The translations under genes and the position numbers were made by a program. Below are positions 13,033-26,388 of a stretch of 64,000 nt of DNA, piece by piece. Source of the stretch: Octopus sinensis (lineage: Eukaryota); assembly GCF_006345805.1 (NCBI RefSeq), contig NC_042999.1, forward strand, positions 18,104,001 to 18,168,000. The letters run 5' to 3'. Every line of letters begins with the position of its first letter. The stretch's first letter is position 1. The notes under the pieces are model-generated. The model was not told the origin of the DNA, ran no database searches, and saw only the letters and a list, made by a program, of their open reading frames with translations.

Positions 13033-13429
13033 CTAGCAGTATGGCCCGGTGTTGCTCGGGTTTGTAAGGGAAATAACTATATAAGCATTTTTAGAGAGTT
13101 ATAGCCAAAGAACCGCAAAAAATGCATTAAAAACGGAAAAAAGATGATGATAATTTTTTTTTTAAATCGTCGACTCATCGTAGACATTTTTAGAGAGTTA
13201 CTTCCCTTATATAATAGGAAAAAAATGCATTAAAATGGAAACAAATGATGGTAAATTATTTTTTAAATCGTAGACTCATCGTAGACGCGCGCTAATACCC
13301 AGAAGGGCTCGATATGAATGACGACTATTAGGTACCCGGTTTTGGTTAAACTGCACCGGAAAATGTGGGAGTAGTTAGGAATCTAAATCGTAGGAGACAG
13401 ACACACAACTTCACTTTTATATATAAAGA
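13033..13429 (-). mobile_element. Non-autonomous Helitron, complete
   Basis: Minus strand A|TCTTTATATAT...hairpin...CTAG|T: 5' TC, 3' CTAG, AT target, no TSD. Confidence 0.85.
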
Positions 13430-14339
13430 TATATACAAATTATAAGAATATAAAAAAAAATATACAGTACAGTATTTTTTCTTTTTCAGAGATGTTCACC
13501 AATCACAGAGGTTTTGGATCGTTTCACCCTCGACAGACGAAGCATTAGTGTATTTACCCTCCTTTAATATTGTGTATAATTGTTATGCTTCTCTGACGAT
13601 CTTTAAGCTTTTATTTTATCTTCACTTTATTCTACAGTTTGTTTAAAACTGAATTCCTTTTCATCTGATCATTAAGATTTAATGGTAAAATGTAGCCAAA
13701 CTCTATTTATTTATACTCAGTCTCTGCTTCTTTATGTATTTTGTATTTTGGTGCTAATTTTATTTTGTTTGTCTTGAAACTGCTGAAAATGACATGACAT
13801 TTCGTAGCCGTTTTTACAATGAGTGAAATGAAGAGAGGATCTAACGAAGGAATTATTCACTCAGTCATTTGAGGAGGTGCATCTAACACATTGGATGGAT
13901 GCTAAAGATAGCGAACCATCACATCAATCTACTACCAGTTTTAAAAATATATGGAAACAACTGTAGTGATTTCAAACGTGTACGTTTTTCATTTCAATTC
14001 TATCAGTTATCTAACATTATGTGTGTGTGTATGAGCGTTCTTGTGTGATTGTAGACGTGCTTATGTGAACGTATGTGTGTCCATCTACATAGTGCATGTG
14101 AGTGACTAAGTGGTCAACGTTATAAGGTTGTAAAATACGTACTCAGAAGTCTAATTCAAGAAGGTACAGACTGTTTTTTTTTGTTTTTGCATCGAAATGA
14201 AATCACTTTCGTTCTATCTTCGCGGCAAATAATTTGAGATGAACGTCAATCATACCACTATCTTCTTAACGGAATTTTGGTATTTAGAGACAAGTCATAT
14301 ATTTCTATTCAAGTATATATGGATTATTTTCTCTATGTG

Positions 14340-14365
14340 TGTATCTATATATATATATATGCATG

Positions 14366-14418
<53 letters not shown>

Positions 14419-14444
14419 GTATGTATATATATATATATATATAG

Positions 14445-14499
<55 letters not shown>

Positions 14500-14550
14500 G
14501 CATGTATATATATATATATATATAATATATATATATATATGTATGTGTAT

Positions 14551-14581
<31 letters not shown>

Positions 14582-14621
14582 GTATGTGTATATATAATAT
14601 ATATATACATATATATATGTA

Positions 14622-14656
<35 letters not shown>

Positions 14657-14678
14657 TATATATATACACATACATAAA

Positions 14679-14743
<65 letters not shown>

Positions 14744-14765
14744 TGTATATATATATATATATATA
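14340..14765. repeat. Long imperfect (TA)n
   Basis: Direct inspection. Confidence 0.95.
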
Positions 14766-14866
14766 CTTTATTTAAAAGCAGCAACAATATAACAAAAACT
14801 GTTACTCAGCGTTTCACTTTCCCGTTCGTCGGACAGTTTTGTTAAATTAGAACAAAACTGTCCGAC
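14765..14866 (-). mobile_element. Short Penelope-type pLTR fragment with hammerhead-like motif and inverted end
   Basis: Minus AACAAAACTGT CCGACGA ACGGGAAAGT GAAA CGCTGAG TA ACAGTTTTTGTT; the first 16 nt recur inverted at 14851-14866. Confidence 0.55.
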
Positions 14867-14971
14867 AGCCCGATTTTATATTATTTAAGGAGTTGATTCA
14901 CTTGTTTCAGACAGGGTGAATGGTTATTAATATTATTAATATTAAGGCGGCACTTAATATTATTAATATTA

Positions 14972-15203
14972 AGGCGGCGAGCTGGCAGAAACGTTAGCAC
15001 GCCGGGCGAAATGCTTAGCGGTATTTCGTCTGCGTTACGTTGTGAGTTCAAATTCCGCCGAGGTCGACTTTGCCTTTCATCTTTCGGGGTCGATAAATTA
15101 AGTACCAGTTACGCACTGGGGTCGATGTAATCGACTTAATACCTATGTCTGTCCTTGTTTGTCCCCTCTGTGTTTAGCTCCTTGTGGGTAATAAAGATAT
15201 AGG
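14972..15203 (+). mobile_element. Family A SINE with TSD
   Basis: Flanked by TTATTAATATTA on both sides. The 5' flank plus first bases (TAATATTATTAATATTAAGGCGGC) is tandemly duplicated just upstream. Confidence 0.9.
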
Positions 15204-15499
15204 TTATTAATATTAGGAATACCTCTTGGTTGGGAAGCAAACTTCTTATCACACAGACACTGCCTTCAGTATTTATAGATAAGGGCACCAAACTATTTTG
15301 AATGATTTCCCAACGTTTGTGGGTAGGTTTGGAACTGTGACATTTTGCAAAATTTTGGTTGCAAATTCTATTTCGAAATTTCATTATTACACACAAATAT
15401 ATTTTAAAATATTATCTTAAACATGTTTTCTTAGTCCCGATATGGCAATAACATCGTCGTGGGAGTAATACATTACGTGGCACTATGAGGAAATGTCTA

Positions 15500-15905
15500 T
15501 AGGTACAAGCGAGTCTGTGTGGTAAGAAGTTTACTTCCTAACCAAAAAGCTATGGGTTCAATCTCACAGTATAGTAGCTTGGGCAATTATATTCTCATAT
15601 AGCCGCATGCTGTCCAGAGCCCTGTAAGTAAATTTGGTAGAGAGGAATTGAAAAAAGCCCGACTCATATATCTATATATCTGTGTGGTTTCTTTGTGTCT
15701 CTGTTTACATCGCCCACCCCGCTTGAGAACCGGTGTTGGTGCAATTATGTTTCCGTAACGGAACGGTTCTGCAACAGAAGCGATAGAATAAGAACCGGGC
15801 TTCAAAAATTAAGAACTAAGGTCGATACACTTGACTAAACCGTTTCAAGGCGACGCACCACTATGGCCGCCGTCTAACGACTGAAACAAATAAAAGATAA
15901 ACGAT
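15500..15905 (+). mobile_element. Old, diverged family C SINE
   Basis: Same layout as young copies with many substitutions. Confidence 0.7.
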
Positions 15906-15913
15906 AAACATAG

Positions 15914-16310
15914 GCGTAGGAGTGGCTGTGTGGTAAGTAGCTTGTCTACCAACCATATGGTTCCGGGTTCAGTCCCACTGCGTGGCACCTTGGGCAACTG
16001 TCTTCTACTATAGCCTCGGGCCGACCAAAAGCCTTGTGAGTGGATTTGGTAGACGGAAACTGAAAGAAGCCTCTCGTATATATGTATATATGTATATATG
16101 CGTGTGTGTGTTTGTGTGTCTGTGTTTGTCCCTTAGTGTTTATGTCCCCGTTACTTAGCGGTTCGGTAAAAGAGATCGATAGAATAAGTACTCGGTTTAC
16201 AAAAGAATAAGTCCCGGGGTCGAGTTGCTCGATTAAAGGCGGTGCTCCAGCATGGCCGCAGTCAAATGAATGAAACAAGTAAAAGAGTAAAAGAGTTAAA
16301 GAGTTAAAGA
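15914..16310 (+). mobile_element. Family C SINE, full length
   Basis: GCGTAGGAGTGGCTGTGTGGTAAGTAGCTTG..GTAAAAGAGTAAAAGAG. Confidence 0.9.
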
Positions 16311-16436
16311 GAGATAAGAAGATGCAGAACGAGACATTCCATTACTGCAACTACATCCTCAACATCTACCTGCGCGTTTGAAATGACACATCACGCAAAA
16401 CAGTTTTCGCGTCTATATGTCCGGTCATTAGAGTTC

Positions 16437-17218
16437 TTATTTCTTTAGTTACCACAGGGGGCTAAGCATAGAGGGGACACACAAGGATAGACAAAGGGAT
16501 TAAATCGATTACATCGACCCCAGTGCGTAACTTGTTCTTATTTAATCGACCCTGAAAAGATGAAAGGCAATGTTGACCTCGGAGGAATTTGAACTCAGAA
16601 CTTAAAGGCAGACGAAATACCAATTTCTTTATTACCCACAAGGGGCTAAGCATAGAGGGGACAAACAAGGACATACATAGGTATTAAGTCGATTACATTG
16701 ACCCCAGTGCGTAACTGGTACTTAATTTATCGACCCCGAAAGGATGAAAGGCAAAGTCGACCTCGGCGGAATTTGAACTCACAACATAACGGCAGACGAA
16801 ATACCTATTTCTTTATTACCCACAAGGGGCTAAATACAGAGCGGACAAACAAGGACAGACATGGGTATTAAGTCGATTACATCGACCCCAGTGCGTAACT
16901 GGTACTTAATTATCGACCCCGAAAGTATGAAAGGGAAAGTATACCTCGGCGGAATTTGAACTCAGAACGTAACGACATACGAAATAACTATTTCTTTATT
17001 ACCCACAAGGGGCTAAACACAGAGCGGACAAACAAGGACAGACATGGGTATTAAGTCGATTACATCGACTCCAGTGCGTAACTGGTACTTAATTTATCGA
17101 CTCCGAAATGATGAAAGGCAAAGTCGACCTCGGCGGAATTTGAACTCACATCGTAACGCAGACGAAATACCGCTAATCATTTCGCCCGGTGTGCTAACGA
17201 TTCTGCCATCTCTCTGCC
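16437..17218 (-). mobile_element. Family A SINE, four-unit tandem array (about 182-bp period)
   Basis: One full copy (about 16987-17218) followed by three units lacking the first 45 nt or so. Confidence 0.9.
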
Positions 17219-17249
17219 TACTAGTGTTCTGCAATAGACACATATCAAA

Positions 17250-17307
17250 TTTAAAAGACATATATTCTAACGCTTAGTTTAAAAGACATATATTCTAACG
17301 CTTAGTT
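17250..17307. repeat. Perfect 28-bp tandem duplication
   Basis: TTTAAAAGACATATATTCTAACGCTTAG x2. Confidence 0.9.
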
Positions 17308-18131
17308 CTTATCGACGAATGCTTCCTTATATTCCTTTCTAACTCAATCTCGTTCACATTAATTTTCTATCGTCGGTTGAGATCAGTTTCAGTAATTAAC
17401 CATGGATACCAGTTGCCTCCCTTTGTTCACAGTTGAAGTCATTTGTTTTATTCAGAGTAGATATAATATGAAGAAAATTCTCTTCGTCTGTTTGTCTTTC
17501 CCTTTTCCAATACATTTATCTTACTGTCACTGAAAATGTTTTGAAAAAGAAATAGATATTAGAATCAAATATAACAATCTTAATTAACCTGGAGCCAAGA
17601 CATAATCTACAAAAATAGCATCAGTCCCCTTTCGGGTAGATTAGGTCTCTCTTATAGAAATGATAATACGTTATATCATATACACTTTCCGTTTTTAAAT
17701 CACAGGAAATACTTTTAGCAAGAACTGTAGATGCATCAAACCTAATTTGTGAGACAGATGTCTAGCGAATACATAAATAATATAAATAGTGGAAAATATA
17801 ATATCCGTATCCATTCTATAGTTATGATAACGCTATTTTAAATATTTACAGTTTTTATCACTAGTAAAAAATAATTTTATATAGATAATCTCGAATATAA
17901 ATGAAGTCAACTAAAACTATATTTAACTGTATTTAAATTCTAAACCCATTACTTCGTAATATTTTAACATTTTTAAATACGGTTTTAGGTAATATGTTAA
18001 ATAAGAGCTGATAAAGCTGTGTTGTTTAAGATGCTCGACTTGAAATCATGTGTTTTCGAGTTGAGACCTAATGTGGAGTACTTTAAGGGAGTAAATTCTA
18101 TAGCTCTGAGCAGACCAATTGTTTTTGAATA

Positions 18132-18392
18132 CATCATCATCATTGTTCGACCGTGGTTGAGACAATGGAATTTACCATGCTACGCCAGACTTCACGGTCC
18201 ATCATGGCATTACAGAGGTCCTGTTGCTGGATGCCTCTATCCCTGGAGATTACAGCAGGGTAGGGGAGTGTGCGCCCTCTGTTATTGCGAGTAGATGGCT
18301 TCCAGAGGAGAAGAGTAGAAATTACTTCTTTTTCAGCTCTACAACAAGGTCCAGCAAACTGGACTCTCCTACCTTTCACAAGAGTCCTTTCG
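18132..18392 (-). mobile_element. RTE-clade LINE 3' end
   Basis: TLVKGRRVQFAGPCCRAEKEVISTLLLWKP..MMDREVWRSMVNSIVSTTVEQ* followed by a (TGA)n tail; fits RTE C-terminal motifs. Confidence 0.75.
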
Positions 18393-18765
18393 TTCCTTAT
18401 CTTTTGAATATATTTGGCAGACGGAAAGTGTGTAGAAGCTTTCGTATACATACCCCTACCATGTTTCTGCAAATACCGCTTTGATTACATACCTATTACA
18501 ATAAAATGTGAACAATAAACAAAATATCAAGCTAAAAATAAATACCGGAATCTATTCGTTCAACCAGAAGTCTCTAAATTGTTCCCCAGTATGTTTGCTT
18601 TAGAAACAAATAAAAGCTAACCGCTAGATGATGTGGCCCGTACATTCATTACGTCTATCAATGTGGATATTACAATATGACTGAATCCAAGTCATTTTGC
18701 TGATTATGCACTGTTTTGTTCTGCTCGTCATATGTTGAAAGTATAACAGCCTTATCAAAGATACT

Positions 18766-19167
18766 TACTCTTTTACTCTTTTACTTGTTTCAGTCATTTG
18801 ACTGCGGCCATGCTGGAGCACCGCCTTTAGTCGAGAAAATCGACCCCGGGACTTATTCTTTCTAAGCCCAGTACTTATTCTATCGGTCTCTTTTGCCGAA
18901 CCGCTAAGTGACGGGGACGTAAACATACCAGCATCGGTTGTCAAGCAATGCTAGGGGGACAAACACAGACACACAAACACACATACATATATATATACAT
19001 ATATATACGACAGGCTTCTTTCAGTTTCCGTCTACCAAATCCACTCACAAGGCATTGGTCGGCCCGGGGCTATAGTAGAAGACACTTGCCCAAGATACCA
19101 CGCAGTGGGACTGAACCCGGAACCATGTGGTTGGTTAGCAAGCTACTTACCACACAGCCACTCCTAC
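18766..19167 (-). mobile_element. Family C SINE, full length
   Basis: Near-identical to 31456-31878. Confidence 0.9.
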
Positions 19168-20640
19168 TTGGTGAATATACGGATGTAGAAGACTATATGA
19201 ATTGACTTGTAAGATGTAATTCCAACATTAATATTCTGGATATAGTGACAATTATATACAATTCAATTCACATAACTTATACAATATGGCATTCTTAGGA
19301 GAAGTATAGTGAACTGAAAATTGCTAGCACGTCGCATGAATTGTTCAGCAGAATTTGTTCCCTTTCTTAACGTTCTGGTTTCAAAAATCTCCAGGTGAAT
19401 GTTGCCTTTCATCCATATCCCCTCAGACTTAGTGGCCTGATACCTGGCAACGGGCCGCCGTCCCAGGCAGATTAGATTTTGTGATGTCGGTCACTTAAAC
19501 ACCATAGACACCGAGTAGCCGTTGTCATGGGTTCCTAAGATACCGGAAAATTTCCTAGTATATTTCTATACGCAAACTAATGCTTTAACTTATTTTACCT
19601 TTACTTTCCCTCGATTATATTTATTCTAACACATTTATTTCGTCCGTAAATACTATAAAATCACATACAAAAAATATTTTTAAAATAAATAAAAAGTATT
19701 GAATATTTCGCATTACTGCTTTTTATTTCGTATTTGTATTTCAGACAGATATGCTTAAAACAGGGATTGATGGGTGGGGAAATATTATTGATGAGGTCGG
19801 ATCGCAAGTGGTACGAAAAGACTCGCACAAAGCTAGCTGACTCATGTTTTTCACCGATCAAGTTTTCAAATAAGTGGTTAGTTAAACAGCTGAAAATTTA
19901 ACCAATGGATAATGAAAATAAACTGAAACAGGCACAGTGAATGTGTGTGCTATTGGCATAGTGACCCTCCCGACATATAACATATTTATTGTTTTTCTTA
20001 ACCAGAACAGTCTGTAGAAAACTTCACTGACTCATACGAAAACCAATTGTATATTAATATATATTAGTTTTGACATCTTGTAGAGATTGCTCGGGAATAT
20101 ATTTGTGTATCATATTAAAATTCCTGTTCGTGAGAAGAATTATAACGCGTATATATAGTAAAATAGTTAATGGAAAGGTGCTGAAATTTTATAACTAATG
20201 GAGCGTGTTATGATATGTAGCAGTGTAGTATGTCGACGCTTTTCTTTTCAAAGATAATGTTGGAATTAAATTTCCTTTCATAATTTTTAAAATAAATAAC
20301 CAGTTAGAGTGAATAAATAATTTGAATATTGCTACATATTTCATGTGAAAAAATGGTATATATTGCAAACATCAGTTTGCAACTTCAAAATAATTTAAAT
20401 CTTTTGATTCTGACTTTAAATCTCCGGTTATTAGAATTTCGTGTTTCATCGAGGCAAGCGATTCGAAATTTTAGTGAACAAATATGAATTCATATATATC
20501 TACGAAAATAATATAGGACAGTTGGGTTGAATCTCTATGCGAAGATAATATTAGTCAGTGTTGTTTGAAGGACGAAGTTCTAAAAGGCATGCTTGATATC
20601 AAGTGGTAGACAGAAAAGATTATAAAATAAAATAGTCGCA

Positions 20641-20885
20641 CCCTTTTAAAGCCTAGCTTGCCTCACGGGCCCGGTTTGCCTGTTTCCGTAGGGTATGTGT
20701 TCCATGCTGGATGGGACACCAGTCCATTGCAGCATTACTCATTTTTGAACAGATGTGTGAACTGGAGAAACGTGAAATCAAGCGTTTTTGCTCAAGAACA
20801 CAACGCGTCGCCCGGTCCAGGAATCGAAACCACAATCTTTCGATCATGATGCTGACACCCTAACCACTAAATCAAGTGACTCCAC
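20641..20885 (-). mobile_element. tRNA-derived SINE, family D (Meta/V-SINE-like domain)
   Basis: Minus: tRNA-like head, GTGTTCTTGAGCAAAA box, GCAATGGACTGGTGTCCCATCCAG..GAAAC; homologous to 48525-48771. Confidence 0.75.
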
Positions 20886-21765
20886 TAGACAGATAAGATT
20901 ATTTTTGTAAAATCCAAATATCTACGATTTATTATATTTATTCAACTGAGAAGCAATGTAATGGAAATTTCGTCAGAATTCCTTTAGACGTACAATGTTT
21001 TTGTCTGAAGGCTACATAGATATGTATCATGTCAAGAATGTTTCCTGATTTTAGGAATCGCTGAATTTTTTCTTAAAGCACAGAAACTAAATCTCATGAA
21101 ATTTTATAAGTAAATTTTAAAAACTCTGGAAGAAATACACTATAATATTATATATACGAGATAGCTAAACTTGTAGCATTTATCAGAAAATATTCCTTTA
21201 TCTGAAATAGTTGTTAAAGATTTCAAAGCCTAGATATCATTACAATAATCAATATATATTCTTCCTAAGGGTTACATTAAAACTGTCGGAGCATTTAATT
21301 TGGCTACCAATTCTTATTCATAACTGACACTTAGTACATACTTCAGTTTCAAAATTTGACAAACAATTTCCTCTTTTGCGGGAAACACATAAACAAACGC
21401 TCACTATTTCGGATGAAAAAATTAAAGTGGTGTTTTCATCAATCATTCCTGTCTTATTTGTCTGCGGTTATTAAAATAGAAAATATAAAGCGTTGCATAA
21501 CAGTATTCGTTCAAATTACATTGGAAGATTGAATAGATAGATGGCGTATTTCTTCTAATCATGACACATATTGAATTGTAAAAGACTTAGAAGTAAACCT
21601 ACTCATGGTAGAATATGGATAGAAAATGTTCAATGGGACATTTTGGGTGTAACATACATATTAATTTATAATGAATATATCATTCTTAATTTCAAATTAT
21701 CAAACATCCAGGCAGTTCGAAACTCAGAGTGTCTCTGTAAAATGATTTTACATTATAACTATAAA

Positions 21766-21998
21766 CCTATTTCTTTACTATCCACAAGGGGCTAAACACA
21801 GAGAGGACAAACAAGGACAGACAAACGGATTAAGTCGATTATACCGACGCCAGTGCGTAACAGGTACTTGTTTAATCGACCCCGAAAAGATGAAAGGCAA
21901 ATTCGACCTCGGTGTAATTTGAACTCAGAAAGTAGCGGCAGACGAAATACTGCTAAGCACTTCGCCCGGCGTGCTAACATTTCTGCCAGCTCGCCGCC
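21766..21998 (-). mobile_element. Family A SINE
   Basis: Full-length match. Confidence 0.9.
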
Positions 21999-22229
21999 TT
22001 CATTATGACTATAAAAAAAATCAGTAGTTAAGGATGAGACCACTAAATAATTTCGAAGGAGTTCCCAACGTTTATCTGTATGTTTGGAACGTTAACATTT
22101 TACAAAATTATGACTGTACTTTGAATTGCAAATTTTTTTGCGGCATCTAAAATTTGTCTTCTGTTTCCCTACAGGGCCATAGCTATCTGAGAGTAATACA
22201 CTGCGTGGCACCTTTGGTGAGTGTTTAGA

Positions 22230-22388
22230 CGTACGTGTGGGTTTGTGATAAAAAGGTTGCTTTGCAACCTCAAGACTCCGGGTTCAATCACACTGTGTAA
22301 CACTTGGGCGAAATGTCTTTTTTTTATAAACTTGGAGGGATCAAGGCCTGTGAGTGGATTGAATAGATAGAAACTGAATGACACCCGT

Positions 22389-22427
<39 letters not shown>

Positions 22428-22800
22428 GTGATCTCTTGAGCACCACCAGGAATAAAAAAATAAAAAAAAAGAAATTTTTCCTCTGTCTTCCCTTCTCAGG
22501 ATCTTTCCTTCTCCTTTGTTTCCGACGAAGAACTCCGCTCGAAACGTTAAACCCTCCTTCCCTTCTTTCCTGAGCGTCAAATAATACTTTAATTGTTCCA
22601 CGTCCTCGCGTTGCTGTGTTTTTTTCTGTGTTTTCTTGTTTGGATTAACTATATATATATAGATCCATGTGTGAGTGTTTTGAAGTCTTATTTGTTCGTT
22701 ACCGTTTACGTAACATCACGGTTTGGCCAAAAGCACCAATAAAATAAGAAACTGGCTTTAAAAAATAAGTATTGGGATTGATACATTTGACTAAAACTTA
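22230..22800 (+). mobile_element. Old family C SINE with a nested insertion in its internal (TA)n
   Basis: 5' half about 22230-22395 and 3' half about 22670-22800, both diverged. Confidence 0.55.
22475..22648 (+). mobile_element. Penelope-type solo pLTR with hammerhead-like motif
   Basis: GTTT CCGACGA A GAAC-TCC-GCTC GAAA CGT T AAAC at 22518-22552; homologous to 54050-54235; ends TTTGGATTAAC(TA)n. Confidence 0.65.
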
Positions 22801-22920
22801 ATGTAGATGGTTATGTACGTGCATATAAAAGAAGTAAGTGTAAAAGAGCTGATAGAAAGAAGGAAAGAATGAAAGAATAGAAAGAATAATAGAGTCGTAC
22901 ATAATTTTGATAGATATATA

Positions 22921-23150
22921 TATTTCTTTACTACCCACAAGGGGCTAAACACAGAGGGAACAAACAAGGACAGTCAAACGGATTAAGTCGATTATATCGA
23001 CCCAATGCGCAAGTGGTACTTAATTTATCGACCCCGAGATGATGAAAGGCTAAGTCGACCTCGGCGGAATTTGAACCCAGGATGTAGCGGTAGACGAAAT
23101 ACGGCTACGCATTTCGCCCGGCGTGGTAATGATCCTACCAGCTCGCCGCC
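22921..23150 (-). mobile_element. Family A SINE
   Basis: Full-length match. Confidence 0.9.
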
Positions 23151-23868
23151 TTGGATATATATATACTTACATATAAGAGACCAGATTGTACGTACGCCAC
23201 TATATATTTTTTTTTATATATAAACTACAAGATTGAGATAAAAGCGCAAAACACCCTGACAGAAAGGGGATTCAAAAAAAGGGGACAGTAAAACATTGAG
23301 ACAAACGAGGCAAAAAAAAAACAAGGACGGCTCATTCGGAGTTTTCTTTCCTCTGTCGAGTTCCAGATTGCCTTTGCAATTTCGGCTGCCTATACTCTAG
23401 ATTGCTCCAGTCTGGCCAGACCCAAGGAAAAATAAGCTAAGAGCATTGCATGACTGTAGAGTTTATCCTTATTCGGTAATGCCTTCTGGTTGCACTACCA
23501 AGCCAAGAATTTGGGGAAATCTTCCACAGAACCAGGAACGTACGTTCCATGGTACAAATCTTTCAACTGATTGATGTTGACGCCAGTCTTCCTGAAAATT
23601 CTGTCGCACATGCACACCATAAACCCTCTATAGAACGTCTGATTTTAACCGCCTCTGATATTTTAATTCGATTCAAATTTTGGCACAAGGCCAGACATTT
23701 CGGTGGACACGACAAGGACGCCAGTTTGCAACTGGTACATATTTTAATCAACCCTAATGGAGAAAAGGCAAAGTTGACAGAAAGCAAAGACTATCGAAAT
23801 GGTCCTAAGCATTTTCCCAATCGTGTTAATGAGGCTTCCATCTCCCTGCTTTAATAATAATAATAATG

Positions 23869-23914
<46 letters not shown>

Positions 23915-23932
23915 TAATAATAATAATAATAA

Positions 23933-24540
23933 TAGCCCTGATGCAGTAACTAGCCCTGATGCAGTACCTAGCCCTGATGCAGTAATAGCCCTGATGCAGT
24001 ACCAGGCAATGGCTCTCATGGCTTCTGATCTAAACTGATTGGAAATGTTATCGTGTGCATTGTTTTGTCTTTGTATAAAAGATGGGCTACAGCAAATATT
24101 CTGTTCAATACCACAGATTTGCTTGTCAGTTGTTTGACCTTAACCAGTTGAGCATGTCCCTTAGTGGCTGACGATATGTGCATCTCTGATCACGAGCAGA
24201 AGTAGTGGGGGAGCATCATAGCCATGTGTTGAGAGGGATTCTTTGGGGTTTGAATAGTTCACCTCTGGAAACATGGGTGGTTCTTTCAACATCCTTAAAC
24301 AAACCTTATTCGGGGACCTTTTGAGCGGGATGGGCTACTCAACCTGAAGAAAATTCTAACTGGGCCCCACCTGCAAGGTCATGTGCTGTTTATCTTGATA
24401 TGAGATCACCATGTCGCGCACACATGGTTGTGATGCATGTGCCTGGTGTACCCTTATCAAACGGGTAGTCATGATGGGTATATTGGGCTTCGTATATTTT
24501 ACCCCAGTGTCACTTTCATGGCATGAACTGCTCTCTCACT

Positions 24541-24543
<3 letters not shown>
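23933..24543. mobile_element. Unclassified non-coding interspersed element (about 610 bp) inserted in (AAT)n
   Basis: (AAT)n on both sides; diverged partial copies at 33790-33928 and 45335-45480; left end has four tandem AGCCCTGATGCAGTA units. Confidence 0.7.
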
Positions 24544-24616
<73 letters not shown>

Positions 24617-24770
24617 AAGAAGATGATGACGATGATGATGACGATGATGAGGACAATGATGATGACGACGACGACGACGCTGATGATGATGATGATGATG
24701 ACGATGACGATGACGATGACGACGAGGACGACGACGACGATGATGATGACAGTGGTGGCGGTGGTGGTAA
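24544..24770. repeat. Compound trinucleotide repeat (AAT)-(AGA)-(GAT/GAC)-(GGT)
   Basis: Direct inspection. Confidence 0.95.
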
Positions 24771-25896
24771 TGATGATTTAGGAACGAAACTTAGAAAGTG
24801 GATGGGAGCTCGAACGAAGAGAACACGTCTTGCAGCCACAAATCTAAGTCACCTACATTATACCAACAGTTTCACAACGCGGAGTAAAAGCCCTCCCCTC
24901 TTTAGTAAGATGCCGATGGAGCAGTATTCATAAGGGGTTCTGCTGACAGTCAGTTTCGATCGCAATGTCAAAGTAGTTCTTCCTTCATTTAGATCTGCCA
25001 AGTCAGCGATTCCCAGGCATTGAACGAGTTTGTGTAAAACACTTTATAACGTTTCGCACTGGTTTCTTTTGGATAAATTTGATATATCAAAATACATAAA
25101 CAAACATGTGAATAGAAATTTAATTACGTGTATACAACTAAATGCATATTTAAAATTTCATGTTAGCAGTTTCTAATGCATATTCCCTTTTTTATATTGC
25201 GAGAGAAATAGAATAGCGATGGAAGAAATGGTGTGATATCTATGAAGACTAATATAAGCTTATTCACAGCATCCGTCTCGGTGTATAAATATAAGGAATT
25301 AAGAAACAACGCTGTTTTACTAATATGTTAAATGTTTAAATCTTCCAGAATATAGAACAAGTTATCTCACCGATATACGAATGCTTTTGTGCTCAATAAT
25401 ATAAGAAAGAGTAAATTTACATATATTACTTCAACATGGAAATATACTAGAAGCTAATCTTGAACGTTGTATATATTATGTTAAAAATATTTGTTTAAAT
25501 GTGTTTCATGCTATTGTTGTATGAATGAATTTTGTCTTAGATAATATTTACCGGAGAACGCGTGGTTCTTCAATCTTTTCTCTTTATTGCTTGGTAGAGC
25601 GGGGTGTTTTGACTATTACATAAACTAAACGAGAAAAGAAATGTGATACCGAATATTCAAAAAATATGTAATGTATGCATAGTCATAATATCTATCGGAA
25701 GAGAAATATTAATGCATTAGCATGAGAATGGCTATTGTATTGTTTAGAAATGGATAAATATTTTAAATATTTCTCCCAATATATGCAATGCTCAATCATA
25801 TTGACATAGGAGTAAGCATTCCACAATGCCTTGATACAGAAGTAATTAGATTATGCATACAGTTACACATATGTCTGTACAGGAAAGAATATTATC

Positions 25897-25932
<36 letters not shown>

Positions 25933-26388
25933 ATATATATACATACATTCAAATATTTACACGGTTGTCTCAGCAGACAATGAAATTTCAGTGTTACATT
26001 ATCGACAGTAAAGTAGATAGATATTATTATCATAAATACATAATTCTATGTGTTATGGACTAATGTCCACTTCGAAAAAGAAACAGTAGGTATATAGCGT
26101 AATGGAATTATGTACACATTGACCAAAAAGTGACAGGAAACGTGGGTGCAGGCTACGACGTTCACATTTGGTATTGTTAGACGAAAGAAGGGGAAACAAG
26201 CTTGGAAGGTAACCGCAAACGAAAGGACACATGCACGTGAATTAATCATCATTCATTGCTTTTTGACAAAACACAAAACGATTATTGTATCTCATGTACG
26301 CTCGTCTAGGTTCGTGGCTCTTCTTCAAACAAACTACTTCAAATAATTTACCTTCAGACCAGGTCTATCATTTCATTTCTCTCCAAAG

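Noticed and set aside
13489-13560. Strong-looking acceptors here and at about 11124, and a GTGAGT donor at about 31015
   Set aside because: No consistent partner sites or recognisable peptide; frequent by chance in AT-rich DNA.
16437-17218. CRISPR-like regular repeat array
   Set aside because: Units are ~182-bp SINE bodies with no unique spacers; eukaryotic context, no cas genes.
19785-19830. TTGATGAGGTC..CGAAAAG hammerhead-like string, plus nearby TGACTCA and CCAAT motifs
   Set aside because: No C3 and no stem II/I pairing; short TF motifs are expected by chance.
24862-25040. Minus-strand ~59-codon open frame with a GT donor
   Set aside because: Weak acceptor, no recognisable homology.
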